DNA from: a virus
Taxonomy: Duplodnaviria; Caudoviricetes
IMG/VR virus record: IMGVR_UViG_3300020048_003360
Location: 1 to 64,000 of that record
Length of the DNA stretch: 64,000 nt
Reading direction: 5' to 3' (one strand)
Made by a program: the position numbers and the translations under genes
The notes under the pieces: generated by a model
Seen by the model: only the letters and a program-made list of their open reading frames with translations
Told to the model about the DNA's origin: nothing
Databases searched by the model: none
Shown: positions 1 through 9,967 of the stretch, piece after piece
How the letters are laid out: each line of letters starts with the position of its first letter
Numbering within the stretch: the first letter of the stretch is position 1

Positions 1-2075
1 TATTGGGATATTGTATTACTAGTCCAGTTAGCTACATATGCATGTTTGTTATCTGATGAGATAGTGATGTGTTGTGGATTAGTACCAGTAGCTATAGTAC
101 CTATACTAGTTAATGCTCCAGTAGTGATATTTCTAGAGTATTGGGATATTGTATTGCTAGTGTAATTAATTACATATACATAATTGCCATCTGGTGAAAC
201 AATACTGTTACGTGGATTAGTACCAGTGGCTATAGTAGCTGGTGATAATGCAGTTAATACTCCAGTAGTGGTGTTTCTAGAGTATTGGGATATTGTATTA
301 CTAGTCCAGTTAGCTACATATGCATGTTTGTTATCTGGTGAGATAGTGATGCCCTGTGGACTACCACCAGTAGCTATAGTAGCTGGTGTTAATGCAGTTA
401 ATACTCCAGTAGTAGTATTTCTAGAGTATTGAGATACTGTATTACTAGTGTTGTTAGCTACATATACATGATTGTTATCTGGTGAGATAGTGATACCATA
501 TGGAGTAGTATCAGTAGCTATAGTAGGAGAACTAATACTCGCTTCTGCAGTATTTAAAGCACTCAATACACCAGTACTTAAGTTTCTAGTATATGATCCT
601 AATGAATTATCTAAACTATTACTAACATATACATTCTTATTATCGGACAATGCGGCAATATCAGATGGTCCTTTACCGGTCGGTATTGTGCCCACACTCG
701 TTAACGCGCCACTAGTAGTATTCCTAGTAAAGTGTCCAATATTATTACTGTCTTTATTAACTACATATAACGATTCATTACTATCTACCACTACTAAACT
801 CTGTGGTGCGTTACCATTACTAGAGATAGTAGCTGGAGAAAGAGCCGCTACTAATCCACCGGTAACACTATATTGAGCGATAGTATTATTATTGGCGTCT
901 GTACAGTATATAGACTTACCATCTTTAGGCATAGCTAATTTAGCTGGAAAAGATGATGGATTATAAGAACCACTTAATAATCCAGTAGTGGTATCTCTAG
1001 AAAATTGAGATACTGTTTGTATAGTTTCATTAGTTGCATACACGTGTTTGTTATCTGACGAGACAATGACATCGTAAGGAACACCAACATTAGCCAGAGC
1101 ACCTATACTAGTCAATACTCCAGTAGTGGTATTTCTAGAGTATTGTTGTAATGTACTGACAATGTTGTTAGTTACATATACGTGCTTGTTATCTGGTGAG
1201 ATAGCGATACCATCTGGATATTCACCAGCAGATATAGTACCTAGACTAGTTAATAATCCAGTAGTGGTATCTCTAGAAAACTGGGTTACTGTACTGGAAC
1301 CATTGCGGTTAGTTACATATACAGATTTATTATCTGGTGAGACAGCGACACTACGTGGAAATTGACCAGCAGCTACAGTACCTATACTAGTTAATAATCC
1401 AGTAATGGTATCTCTAGAGTATTGAGATACTGTACTGCTATTCCAGTTAGCTACATATACATGATTGTTATCTGGTGAGACAGTGACATCATATGGATAA
1501 CCACCAGTAGCTATAGTGGTTGGTGATAGTGCAGTTAAAACTCCAGTAGTGGTATTTCTAGAGTATTGAGATACTGTACCGCTACCCCAGTGAGTTACAT
1601 ATACATGTTTATTATCTGGTGAGATAGCAATGGCATATATACCAGCATTAGTAGCTATAGTAGCTGGTGATAATGCAGTTAATAATCCAGTGGTGGTATT
1701 TCTAGAATATTGAGATACTGTAGCATCGCCCGTGTTAGGTACATATATGTGATTATTATCTGGTGAGATAGCGATATTACGTGGATTAGTACCAGTAGCT
1801 ATAGTACCTAGACTAGTTAATACTCCAGTAGTGGTATTTCTAGAATATTGAGATACTGTATTGCTACCCCGGTTAGCTACATATATGTATTTATCGTCTA
1901 TTGACATAACCATACCATTAGGCGTAAGCCCAGTAGCCGCTGTAAAATATGCTACTGGAGCCAATACACCTGGACTCACTATTACAGTATTTGGTGACAA
2001 TAGTGTTAACAGGCCAGATTTAACTAACTTTAATGCTTGAGCATAAATACTCATTCTAATTCCTAATCCTATCAT
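1..2075 (-). CDS. Multi-blade beta-propeller repeat protein (lactonase/YVTN-like blades), probably virion-associated; 3' end lies beyond the left edge (>=691 aa)
   Basis: Absent from the ORF track. ATG at 2075 behind aaaggataagaaa. Hand translation gives MIGLGIRMSIYAQALKLVKSG..., then repeats of type ISPDNKHVYVAN..SNTVSQYSRNTTTGVLT. The frame is still coherent at base 3 (ANWTSNTISQ); about half of the frame was checked codon by codon with no stop. Confidence 0.9.
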   Translation of the reverse strand, partial: MIGLGIRMSIYAQALKLVKSGLLTLLSPNTVIVSPGVLAPVAYFTAATGLTPNGMVMSIDDKYIYVANRGSNTVSQYSRNTTTGVLTSLGTIATGTNPRNIAISPDNNHIYVPNTGDATVSQYSRNTTTGLLTALSPATIATNAGIYAIAISPDNKHVYVTHWGSGTVSQYSRNTTTGVLTALSPTTIATGGYPYDVTVSPDNNHVYVANWNSSTVSQYSRDTITGLLTSIGTVAAGQFPRSVAVSPDNKSVYVTNRNGSSTVTQFSRDTTTGLLTSLGTISAGEYPDGIAISPDNKHVYVTNNIVSTLQQYSRNTTTGVLTSIGALANVGVPYDVIVSSDNKHVYATNETIQTVSQFSRDTTTGLLSGSYNPSSFPAKLAMPKDGKSIYCTDANNNTIAQYSVTGGLVAALSPATISSNGNAPQSLVVVDSNESLYVVNKDSNNIGHFTRNTTSGALTSVGTIPTGKGPSDIAALSDNKNVYVSNSLDNSLGSYTRNLSTGVLSALNTAEASISSPTIATDTTPYGITISPDNNHVYVANNTSNTVSQYSRNTTTGVLTALTPATIATGGSPQGITISPDNKHAYVANWTSNTISQYSRNTTTGVLTALSPATIATGTNPRNSIVSPDGNYVYVINYTSNTISQYSRNITTGALTSIGTIATGTNPQHITISSDNKHAYVANWTSNTISQ
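119..1841 (-). repeat. ~13 imperfect tandem repeats of ~138-147 nt (46-49 aa propeller blades)
   Basis: The plus-strand core ccagtagtggtatttctag recurs near 119, 266, 410, 570, 710, 982, 1120, 1258, 1399, 1544, 1688 and 1826, with a degenerate copy near 866. Confidence 0.9.
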
Positions 2076-2147
2076 TTTCTTATCCTTTAAATGATTAAAA
2101 TAATGCACTATTATCCAATAGTAGTATTAGATAATATATGGTCTCTA

Positions 2148-3389
2148 TCATGCCAATATATTATTATGTATGTAGACTGATCCAGGATTTACAAGACTAT
2201 TGTGATCGTTATATGGAGCGGATCCAGCAATTCTAATACCGTCACCAGATAATGCTATTCTAGTTCCATATGCGTCACCAGTTGCTCTATCTATAGCAAG
2301 TAGTTTATCTACATTAATCCAAGTAGTTCCGATTAACTTCCATACGTAAATTGCACCCATCTCATGCCGTGATGAAACTATAATCGTAGTGCCATCATCA
2401 GATATATCTACTCTCTCACCACCATAATTATCAATCCCTCTATCTGATGCAAGTAGATATTGTTCATGACCCCACACCCCATTACTTTTTACCATAGTAA
2501 CTGCACCACCACTATTAGATATTCCATTATCTAATTCAGGTATGCCAATTACTACTCTATTACCACTACTAGATAGCGCAACTGAGGCACCTAATCTATC
2601 GTTTGCATTTGGACCAGTGGCAAGGGTCTGGCTAATTGTCCAAGTAAGTAGAGATCTGGTATATGAATATACTATACCATTACCCGTACTTGGGAAGTTA
2701 TTATTCGATGCACTTACTATAAGTTCATCGCCAGCGTAATTGAGACTCAATCCTACACTAAAATATAAATAATGTTGATAATGTGGAGAATTTACTTTAT
2801 GACCAGGCCACCAGGTATTTATGCTGAGATAGTAAGTATATAAGGATCCATTGTCAAGATATTCGTTAGTATTAATATTCTCACCACTTCCAACTACTAT
2901 ATAGCTACCATTTCCAGATATTTTTACATTACTACCAAATTCTTCATAAGCACTAAGAACTGGAGGAATAAGTGTCTGCCACTGAGTCCAAGTGGTTCCA
3001 GATCTATTCCATATATAGACTTTACCATGACCCGCTACAGTACTTCCAAACCTACGCGCGCCTACAACTATTTTTTCTCCACGATCATCAATATCTACTG
3101 AATAGCCATACTGGTCACCAACTGTAGTGTCAAGTCCAGTTAATTTCTGTTCAAAAACCCAAGTATTATCTGATCTACGAAATACCTCTACAGAACCACC
3201 GCCATTGCTGGACGTTCCATCAAATTGACTAGAAATAGCTACTCTACTCCCATCTTTAGAAATAGCTATACCGCCCTCACCAAATCTATATGTAGTAGAT
3301 AAATTACTCGATATTAATTTTGCCTCGTGCTTAAATATTTTCTGTAATGTTTGGGCATAAACACCTAATCTAAATTGTAAACCTAGCAT
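2148..3389 (-). CDS. FG-GAP-repeat beta-propeller protein, putative virion adhesin/receptor-binding protein
   Basis: Repeats such as GDQYGYSVDIDDRGEKIVVGA..G.VYIW.R.G..W, DRLGASVALSSSGNRVVIG and DAYGTRIALSGDGIRIAGSAP. Confidence 0.8.
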   Translation of the reverse strand: MLGLQFRLGVYAQTLQKIFKHEAKLISSNLSTTYRFGEGGIAISKDGSRVAISSQFDGTSSNGGGSVEVFRRSDNTWVFEQKLTGLDTTVGDQYGYSVDIDDRGEKIVVGARRFGSTVAGHGKVYIWNRSGTTWTQWQTLIPPVLSAYEEFGSNVKISGNGSYIVVGSGENINTNEYLDNGSLYTYYLSINTWWPGHKVNSPHYQHYLYFSVGLSLNYAGDELIVSASNNNFPSTGNGIVYSYTRSLLTWTISQTLATGPNANDRLGASVALSSSGNRVVIGIPELDNGISNSGGAVTMVKSNGVWGHEQYLLASDRGIDNYGGERVDISDDGTTIIVSSRHEMGAIYVWKLIGTTWINVDKLLAIDRATGDAYGTRIALSGDGIRIAGSAPYNDHNSLVNPGSVYIHNNILA

Positions 3390-3410
3390 CTTTATATATC
3401 CTTAAATGAG

Positions 3411-3450
3411 TAGTAAATCACTAGTAAAATATTTTACTAGTGATTTACTA
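3411..3450. terminator. Perfect 40-bp palindrome, likely terminator/cruciform
   Basis: tagtaaatcactagtaaaat|attttactagtgatttacta, lying between two minus-strand genes. Confidence 0.75.
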
Positions 3451-3454
3451 TTTG

Positions 3455-6400
3455 TTATTCCGTTAGTGCACCGACTAAAATCCAATTATTAGTAGAAATT
3501 TGAATTAGCGTTACTGCACCATTCCAAGGAATACTTTTAAACCCACCAAGTGAATTAATAACTACACCTGAAGCTGGAACAATACGTACTTTACCAGACT
3601 GACTTATGCGCGTAATTTGCATAGTAGCACCTACTGGATAGGCTACAGACGCATTAGCTGGTATCGTTACCGTAGCATCTGGTATTCCCCCAGTATCCAT
3701 TATTATCATAACTGTAGGTGTACCAACACTGGCACCGTCACTAAGTACTGTAGTGTAGCTTGCATATCGCCAATTAATGACTGTACCGTAATTAATAGTA
3801 TTGGTATAAACACCATTAGTAACAGTAGCAGCATTACCAGTACATGATGCTGCACTAGTAGCAGTAGCTGCATTACCAGAAATAGTGGTTTGTGCAGGAT
3901 GTACGTGATCTGCTCTAGCTGCAGTAAATAAACTACCTGGACCTACAGTACCTGCTGCAGCTGGATTAGTACTACTCAATCCAGTAATGGAGTTAAAACT
4001 AGTACCAGTAATTACTCCTTCAAATGCAGCAGTAGCCGCCATAAAAGATAACGTACCTTTACCTTTACCTAATGAACCGTCTCCACCAGATGCTATAATT
4101 CTGCTATCGTAGTCTAATCCCGTAGAACTTGAGTGAAAATCAATATATGGAGTAGATACTGCGCCATCAATACGACCTAACTCAATATATGCATTACCAG
4201 GAGCAGGAACTTCTATTATTAAACCACCAGTTAATGTACCACCAGTTAGTGGTAGTGCACCTACCATTGCACTAGTAATACCAGATACAGTACCAGTAAA
4301 GGTAGGTGATGCTAAATTAGCCTTAGTACCAATGTTACCATTTAGCTTATTAACAGCTTGCAATATAGTATCTGTAGCAGCTACAGCACCAGCAGCACTG
4401 ACATATCCAGTTAATACCTTACCAATTACAGCTGCATTAGTTACAGTAGTGGCATTACCTACTGACGTAACTTCACCAGTTAGATTAGCATTAGTAGTAA
4501 CGGTAGCTGCATTACCAGTAATAGTGGTTTGTGCAGGATGTACGTGATCTGCTCTAGCCGCAGTGAATAAACTACCTGGACCTACAGTACCTGCTGCAGC
4601 TGGATTAGTACTACTCAATCCAGTAATACTATTAAAACTAGTACCAGTAGCTATACCTAGTCCAGTTACATTACCTGTAAATATTGGACTAGCTAGATTA
4701 GCCTTAGTACCTATCTGAGTTTGAATGGCAGATGTAACTCCAGTAAGATAACCGAGTTCAGTTGATGTTACTGCAGACACTGCTACTTTACCATTAACAT
4801 CTGAAACTAGACTTCTAGATGCAGTTAAATCAGATCCAGTAATAGTGGTTGCACCACCAGTAATAATACTCTGATATGCTCCGGATCCAGCAAACTGTAC
4901 CCATATGAGATTAGTAGTACCTAGTACGATATTATCAGCAGTTTGTACCCAGGCACTATCTTTATTAACAGTACCCTGTTCGACAAACACAAACGCTGAT
5001 ACTAATTCACTAGCTATATCTGCATCAGTAGCACGTTTCCAAATAGCAGTAGTTAGATCAGTGTAAATACCATTTTGAGAGGCAGTAGTTTGGTTCTTTA
5101 GCAATACACGAGATCCAGCTACCAACGCTACACCATCTAGAGTAGCAGTAGCTGTATTTAACGTAATGTTTGCAGTACTAGCAGCTAATACACTAGCTTT
5201 GGGTTTTAGACCCTGTAACTGGCTATCTATTTCAGTTTTAGTATAAGTGGCCTCCAACTTAGTAGCTTGAGCACTAGTCATGTATCCATTAGAAGATGTA
5301 GTAGCTGCGGCCATTGAAATAATAGGAGCAGTACCTCCACTAGACATTACAGGAGCTGTAGCAGTAACTTGAGTTACACCAGAAGTAGTAGCGAAACCTA
5401 ATGATTTCACATAAGCTGTAGTGGCAATTTGAGTACTATTATCAGTTGATAGAGCTGTAGGTGCTGTGGGTATACCAGTGAAAGCTGGAGACTCTATAGG
5501 TTCAGATAGAATATCAGCTAACTCATCTGATGTATCATAAATCTGCTCCCAATTTGACCAAACACCATTATTCCTTTCACGTCTATAGCGTTTAGAATCG
5601 CTACTTCCAGCACTTGCCACTACAGTAGTTAAATCGCCAGTAGTACTAGTATCGCTTCTAGAAAACTGAGATATTGTACGATCAATTAGATTGGTTACGT
5701 ATAAGTTAGTACCGTCTTGTGTAAAAGCAAGACTACTTGGGCCATTATCAGTACCTATATCAGCTATATGTGTCAATACTCCATAGGCTATATGTCTAGA
5801 ATATTGAGATACTGTATTATCGCTATAGTTAGCCACATATACGTGCTTACTATCTGGCGAAACAGTAAGATCCCATGGCAGCTTACCAACAGCCATAGTT
5901 ACTGGCGCATGAGTAATTATAGATGTTAGTAGTCCAGTAGTGGTACTTCTAGTATATCGAGATATTGAATGTATATTTCTATTAATCACATATAGATGTT
6001 TACCATCAGGCGAAACAACTAATCTCCATGGATCGGTAGTGGTTATAGTAGCTGGTGATAGTGGTGTCAATACTCCAGTAGTGGTATCTCTAGAGTATTG
6101 AGATATTGTATTAGCAATTCCATTAAGTCCATTACTTACATATACGTGTTTATTATCTGGTGAGACAGTGATGCCATATGAGGTACTGCCATTATCCATA
6201 GTGCCTAAATCAGTTAATGCTCCAGTAGTGGTATTTCTAGAAAATATACGTATCGTATTATTACTGCTGTTGGTCGTGTATATGTGATTACCATCTGATG
6301 AAATAGCTCCAGCAAATGCAGCGCCATTTGTACTTACACTAGCTGGTGTTAATGCCGTTAATATTCCAGTAGTGGTATTTCTAGAATACTGGTAGATATT

Positions 6401-9349
6401 GTAGCTATCGATCACATATACATGATTACCAGTTGGTGAGATAAGAGTTTCATATACGCTAAGACCACCACTAGCTACAGTACCTATACTAGTTAATACT
6501 CCAGTGGTAATATCTCTAGAGTACATAGATATTGTAGAACTACCTCTACTAGACACATACACGTGTTTGTTATCTGACGAGGTAACAATACTTTCTGGAG
6601 TATTACCAGTAGCTATGGTGTTGTTATTTACAGCAAATCCCCAAACTTCTTGAGTTAGCCAAATATTAGTGTAGGCGTTACAATAGCCTTTATACCAACC
6701 ATCAGCAGGTCCATTAGTAGCAGCACTAAGACCATTGACAACATACCATCCAGTTCGTCTTACAAGATTCCAGTCAGTAGCGGGCATAGCGGCTAGAGAA
6801 GAGATGGGTCCAGTAAACTCAGCACCACTTAAATTAGCTTTAGTGTTATCGGACACAATAGATAATTGTCCAGTAGGTACCTTACCGCTACTATCTAAAG
6901 TAGCTACGCCATTTGCTACGCCCTTTTCACTAGATGCAATACGTGCTGTAGAGTCTACTGCATTAATAGTGATATCAGCACTACCATCAAACGAAATACC
7001 ATTAATACTACGTGCAGTAGCTAGGTTAGTAGCTGTAGCTGCATTACCTGTAACAGATATACCCCATGTACCAGATGCACCAGTACCTGTTTTACTAGGT
7101 GCATCATTAGCTATTTCTGCATTTACATAGGCAGTAGTAGCTACTTGAGTGGTATTGGTATTAACAGCAGCTGTAGGAGCTGTAGGAGTACCAGTTAATG
7201 CTGGAGAATTTAAATTAGCTTTAGTACCAATCTGAGTTTGAATAGCAGATGTAACTCCAGTAAGATAACCAAGTTCAGTTGACGTTACTGTAGATACTGC
7301 TACCTTACCATTACTATCTGAAACTAAACTTCTAGATACGGTTAAGTCAGATCCAGTAATACTACTAGCTGCACCAGTTACAACACTCTGATATGCACCA
7401 GACCCAGCAAACTGCACCCATATGAGATTAGTAGTACCTAGTACGATGTTATCTGCAGTTTGTACCCAAGCACTATCTTTATTAGCAGTACCCTGTTCTA
7501 CAAATACAAATGCTGATACTAGTTCACTATTTACGTCTGCATCAATAGCACGTTTCCAAATAGCAGTAGTTAGATCAGTGTAGATACCATTTTGAGAGGC
7601 AGTAGTTTGGTTCTTTAGCAATACACGTGATCCAGCTGCTAGAGTAACACCATCTAGAGTAGCTGTAGCTGTATTTAATGCAATATTTGCAGTAGATGCT
7701 GCTAGTACACTAGCTTTGGGTTTTAGACCCTGTAGTTGACTATCTATTTCTGCTTTAGTATAGGTATCAGCTATATTGGCTTTTAATCCATCATTACCAT
7801 TTAGCTTATTAATAGCTTGCAATATAGTATCTGTAGCAGCTACAGCACCAGCTCCACTAGCATATCCAGTTAATACCTTACCAATTACAGCTGCATTAGT
7901 TACAGTAGTAGTATTACCTACTGATGTAACTTCACCAGTTAAATCATGCGTATGTGCTACAGTCGCATACGCACCAGATCCAGCAAACTGTATCCACGTA
8001 AGAGCAGTAGTACCTAGTACGATATTATCTGCAGTTTGTACCCATGCACTGTCTTTGTGAACAGTACCTTGTTCTACAAATACGAATGCCGATACTAGTT
8101 CACTTGCTATATCTGCATCAGTAGCACGTTTCCAAATAGCAGTAGTTAGATCAGTGTAGATACCATTTTGAGAGGCAGTAGTTTGGTTCTTTAGCAATAC
8201 ACGAGATCCAGCTACCAACGCTACACCATCTAGAGTAGCAGTAGCTGTATTTAACGTAATGTTTGCAGTACTAGCAGCTAATACACTAGCTTTGGGTTTT
8301 AGACCCTGTAACTGGCTATCTATTTCAGTTTTAGTATATGCATCAGTAATACCATAACCACTAATAGTAGTTGGGTTAGTACCAGCAGTTACTAATCCTT
8401 TAGCATTAACTGTTACTGATCTATACGTACCGGCAGTTACTCCACTATTAGCTAGAGTGAGTGCTGCAGATGCATGTGCACTACCATTAAAGTTAACTGA
8501 CCAGGTAGCATCACCTGAAGCTGTTATTGAATGGGTGGTAGCTAGAGCAGTAGCTGTAGCTGCATTACCTGTAACAGATATACCCCACGTACCAGATGCA
8601 CCAGTACCTGTCTTACTAGGTGCGTCATTAGCTATTTCTGCATTTACATAGGCAGTAGTAGCTACTTGAGTAGTATTGGTACTAACAGCAGCTGTAGGAG
8701 CTGTAGGAGTACCAGTTAATGCTGGAGAATTTAGACTGGCTTTTAAATCTAATGCATTTTGCGTATCGGTGGATTCATTAGCTATTTGGCCATCTAAATA
8801 TCGAAGTATTTTATCATTAGATATTGCACTACCAAACTCAATAGTAGATCTAATTCTCTCTAATGCATGTGTTACATATTCAAAGCCGTATATATCCCCA
8901 GCATTATGTAAATGTTGACTGGGTGGATAATCTGTAGGTTTTAAAAGTATATTTGGCCACGTTACTGGTCTATTATCCAGTTCTAATGTATCTATTAAAT
9001 TAATTAATGCTGTTTCTGATGTACTAAACTCACCACCTACAGCTTGGTATGAGATAGAAACTAAATTAGATACTGTAGTATCTGTAATTACTATTAGCGC
9101 ATATACTGGCTGCCCATATAGTGCCGTTGGTACTTCATATAACTCACTTGGGTACCATTGTGATGAGTTTAAAATTAGATTAGTGGCTAGATCCTTAATC
9201 ACCATTGAATTAGCAAAATATCCACCATATTTAGTAGCGATACAACGTATTGGTCTAGCGGATAATGCATGTTCCTCACCAGCTACTAAATTATTTGGAT
9301 TCTGTCCAGTAGGATCTAGTGGATATTTAATTACAATTGGAGTAGGCAC
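3455..9349 (-). CDS. Giant tail fibre (1964 aa): phiKZ-type N-terminal anchor, repeated fibre modules, internal 7-blade propeller, C-terminal tip domain
   Basis: GTG start with ggaaatatact upstream. The N-terminus (YPLDPTG..N.V..E.H...YQAVGGE...DNRPVTWPNILLKP..YPP..HLH...DIYGFEY) resembles phiKZ-like virion anchor domains as recalled. Three LKPKASVLAASTANI.L..LDGV.L..GSRVLLKNQT..SQNGIY modules; very Thr/Ala/Gly/Ser-rich. Confidence 0.8.
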   Translation of the reverse strand: MPTPIVIKYPLDPTGQNPNNLVAGEEHALSARPIRCIATKYGGYFANSMVIKDLATNLILNSSQWYPSELYEVPTALYGQPVYALIVITDTTVSNLVSISYQAVGGEFSTSETALINLIDTLELDNRPVTWPNILLKPTDYPPSQHLHNAGDIYGFEYVTHALERIRSTIEFGSAISNDKILRYLDGQIANESTDTQNALDLKASLNSPALTGTPTAPTAAVSTNTTQVATTAYVNAEIANDAPSKTGTGASGTWGISVTGNAATATALATTHSITASGDATWSVNFNGSAHASAALTLANSGVTAGTYRSVTVNAKGLVTAGTNPTTISGYGITDAYTKTEIDSQLQGLKPKASVLAASTANITLNTATATLDGVALVAGSRVLLKNQTTASQNGIYTDLTTAIWKRATDADIASELVSAFVFVEQGTVHKDSAWVQTADNIVLGTTALTWIQFAGSGAYATVAHTHDLTGEVTSVGNTTTVTNAAVIGKVLTGYASGAGAVAATDTILQAINKLNGNDGLKANIADTYTKAEIDSQLQGLKPKASVLAASTANIALNTATATLDGVTLAAGSRVLLKNQTTASQNGIYTDLTTAIWKRAIDADVNSELVSAFVFVEQGTANKDSAWVQTADNIVLGTTNLIWVQFAGSGAYQSVVTGAASSITGSDLTVSRSLVSDSNGKVAVSTVTSTELGYLTGVTSAIQTQIGTKANLNSPALTGTPTAPTAAVNTNTTQVATTAYVNAEIANDAPSKTGTGASGTWGISVTGNAATATNLATARSINGISFDGSADITINAVDSTARIASSEKGVANGVATLDSSGKVPTGQLSIVSDNTKANLSGAEFTGPISSLAAMPATDWNLVRRTGWYVVNGLSAATNGPADGWYKGYCNAYTNIWLTQEVWGFAVNNNTIATGNTPESIVTSSDNKHVYVSSRGSSTISMYSRDITTGVLTSIGTVASGGLSVYETLISPTGNHVYVIDSYNIYQYSRNTTTGILTALTPASVSTNGAAFAGAISSDGNHIYTTNSSNNTIRIFSRNTTTGALTDLGTMDNGSTSYGITVSPDNKHVYVSNGLNGIANTISQYSRDTTTGVLTPLSPATITTTDPWRLVVSPDGKHLYVINRNIHSISRYTRSTTTGLLTSIITHAPVTMAVGKLPWDLTVSPDSKHVYVANYSDNTVSQYSRHIAYGVLTHIADIGTDNGPSSLAFTQDGTNLYVTNLIDRTISQFSRSDTSTTGDLTTVVASAGSSDSKRYRRERNNGVWSNWEQIYDTSDELADILSEPIESPAFTGIPTAPTALSTDNSTQIATTAYVKSLGFATTSGVTQVTATAPVMSSGGTAPIISMAAATTSSNGYMTSAQATKLEATYTKTEIDSQLQGLKPKASVLAASTANITLNTATATLDGVALVAGSRVLLKNQTTASQNGIYTDLTTAIWKRATDADIASELVSAFVFVEQGTVNKDSAWVQTADNIVLGTTNLIWVQFAGSGAYQSIITGGATTITGSDLTASRSLVSDVNGKVAVSAVTSTELGYLTGVTSAIQTQIGTKANLASPIFTGNVTGLGIATGTSFNSITGLSSTNPAAAGTVGPGSLFTAARADHVHPAQTTITGNAATVTTNANLTGEVTSVGNATTVTNAAVIGKVLTGYVSAAGAVAATDTILQAVNKLNGNIGTKANLASPTFTGTVSGITSAMVGALPLTGGTLTGGLIIEVPAPGNAYIELGRIDGAVSTPYIDFHSSSTGLDYDSRIIASGGDGSLGKGKGTLSFMAATAAFEGVITGTSFNSITGLSSTNPAAAGTVGPGSLFTAARADHVHPAQTTISGNAATATSAASCTGNAATVTNGVYTNTINYGTVINWRYASYTTVLSDGASVGTPTVMIIMDTGGIPDATVTIPANASVAYPVGATMQITRISQSGKVRIVPASGVVINSLGGFKSIPWNGAVTLIQISTNNWILVGALTE

Positions 9350-9394
9350 AGTATATTTCCTTAAAGTACTGGTAAAGTATTATTAGCGTCATAT

Positions 9395-9438
9395 CATGTA
9401 TACCACCCATTCATAATGAACTATGGGTAGTATATATG
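9395..9438 (-). terminator. Imperfect stem-loop followed by TATGACG on the minus strand
   Basis: catgtataccacccat...atgggtagtatatatg, with cgtcata at 9387-9393. Confidence 0.5.
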
Positions 9439-9443
9439 TACAA

Positions 9444-9863
9444 CTAATCTATAACTAATTTAATACTAGGACATTTATCTTTTAGTTTCTGCTTAATAAG
9501 TTCTCTATTTCCAGAAGGTATTTTATATTTAGTTTCTAATACATTTATAACCCATGTAACATTAATTGGGTCTTTTTTATATGTTTCTATTTGTTCAGCA
9601 TATGCCTCTATTTCTGCATTTAATCTATACTTCCAATTAAAAAGATACATAAAACTAAAGAATAAAAATCTACTATAAAATTGCTTGCAGTGACGGAGTT
9701 CATGTGTAACTATACCCTCGTCTTTTCTATCTCTATATTTTGGTCTAATGATGCAAAATATTCCAGCAGATAAACCACCACTCCAGTCTTCTAAAAATTT
9801 TTCTGTCCAAAATATAGGAACTGGAATTACTTTAAAAATCATTCTAATTTCAATATTTTTCAT
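9444..9863 (-). CDS. Small HExxH (zinc metallopeptidase-like) protein
   Basis: Motif IVTHELRHCKQF followed by AEIEAY. The start is more likely ATG 9863 (MKNIEI, SD ggag) than the track's 9905. Confidence 0.7.
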   Translation of the reverse strand: MKNIEIRMIFKVIPVPIFWTEKFLEDWSGGLSAGIFCIIRPKYRDRKDEGIVTHELRHCKQFYSRFLFFSFMYLFNWKYRLNAEIEAYAEQIETYKKDPINVTWVINVLETKYKIPSGNRELIKQKLKDKCPSIKLVID

Positions 9864-9898
9864 ATTTACTCCATAGTGAAATATTAATAACGCCATAA

Positions 9899-9940
9899 GA
9901 CACATATTTCCCTATATACGACTGTAGGGGAATATGTGTC
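9899..9940. terminator. Stem-loop terminator downstream of the 2191-aa fibre gene
   Basis: gacacatatttccctat...gtaggggaatatgtgtc. Confidence 0.65.
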
Positions 9941-9967
9941 CTATATTGTTACAATTACAAATACAGT

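Noticed and set aside
184-1365. Plus-strand ORFs of 79-134 aa, and many similar antisense ORFs over 3.6-18.3 kb and 34-36.7 kb
   Set aside because: Shadows of repetitive, stop-poor minus-strand genes; Val/Leu/Pro-rich mirror translations with no SD.
1-1900. Regularly spaced repeats resembling a CRISPR array
   Set aside because: They are imperfect, in frame, and encode propeller blades; there is no constant repeat with unique spacers and no cas genes.
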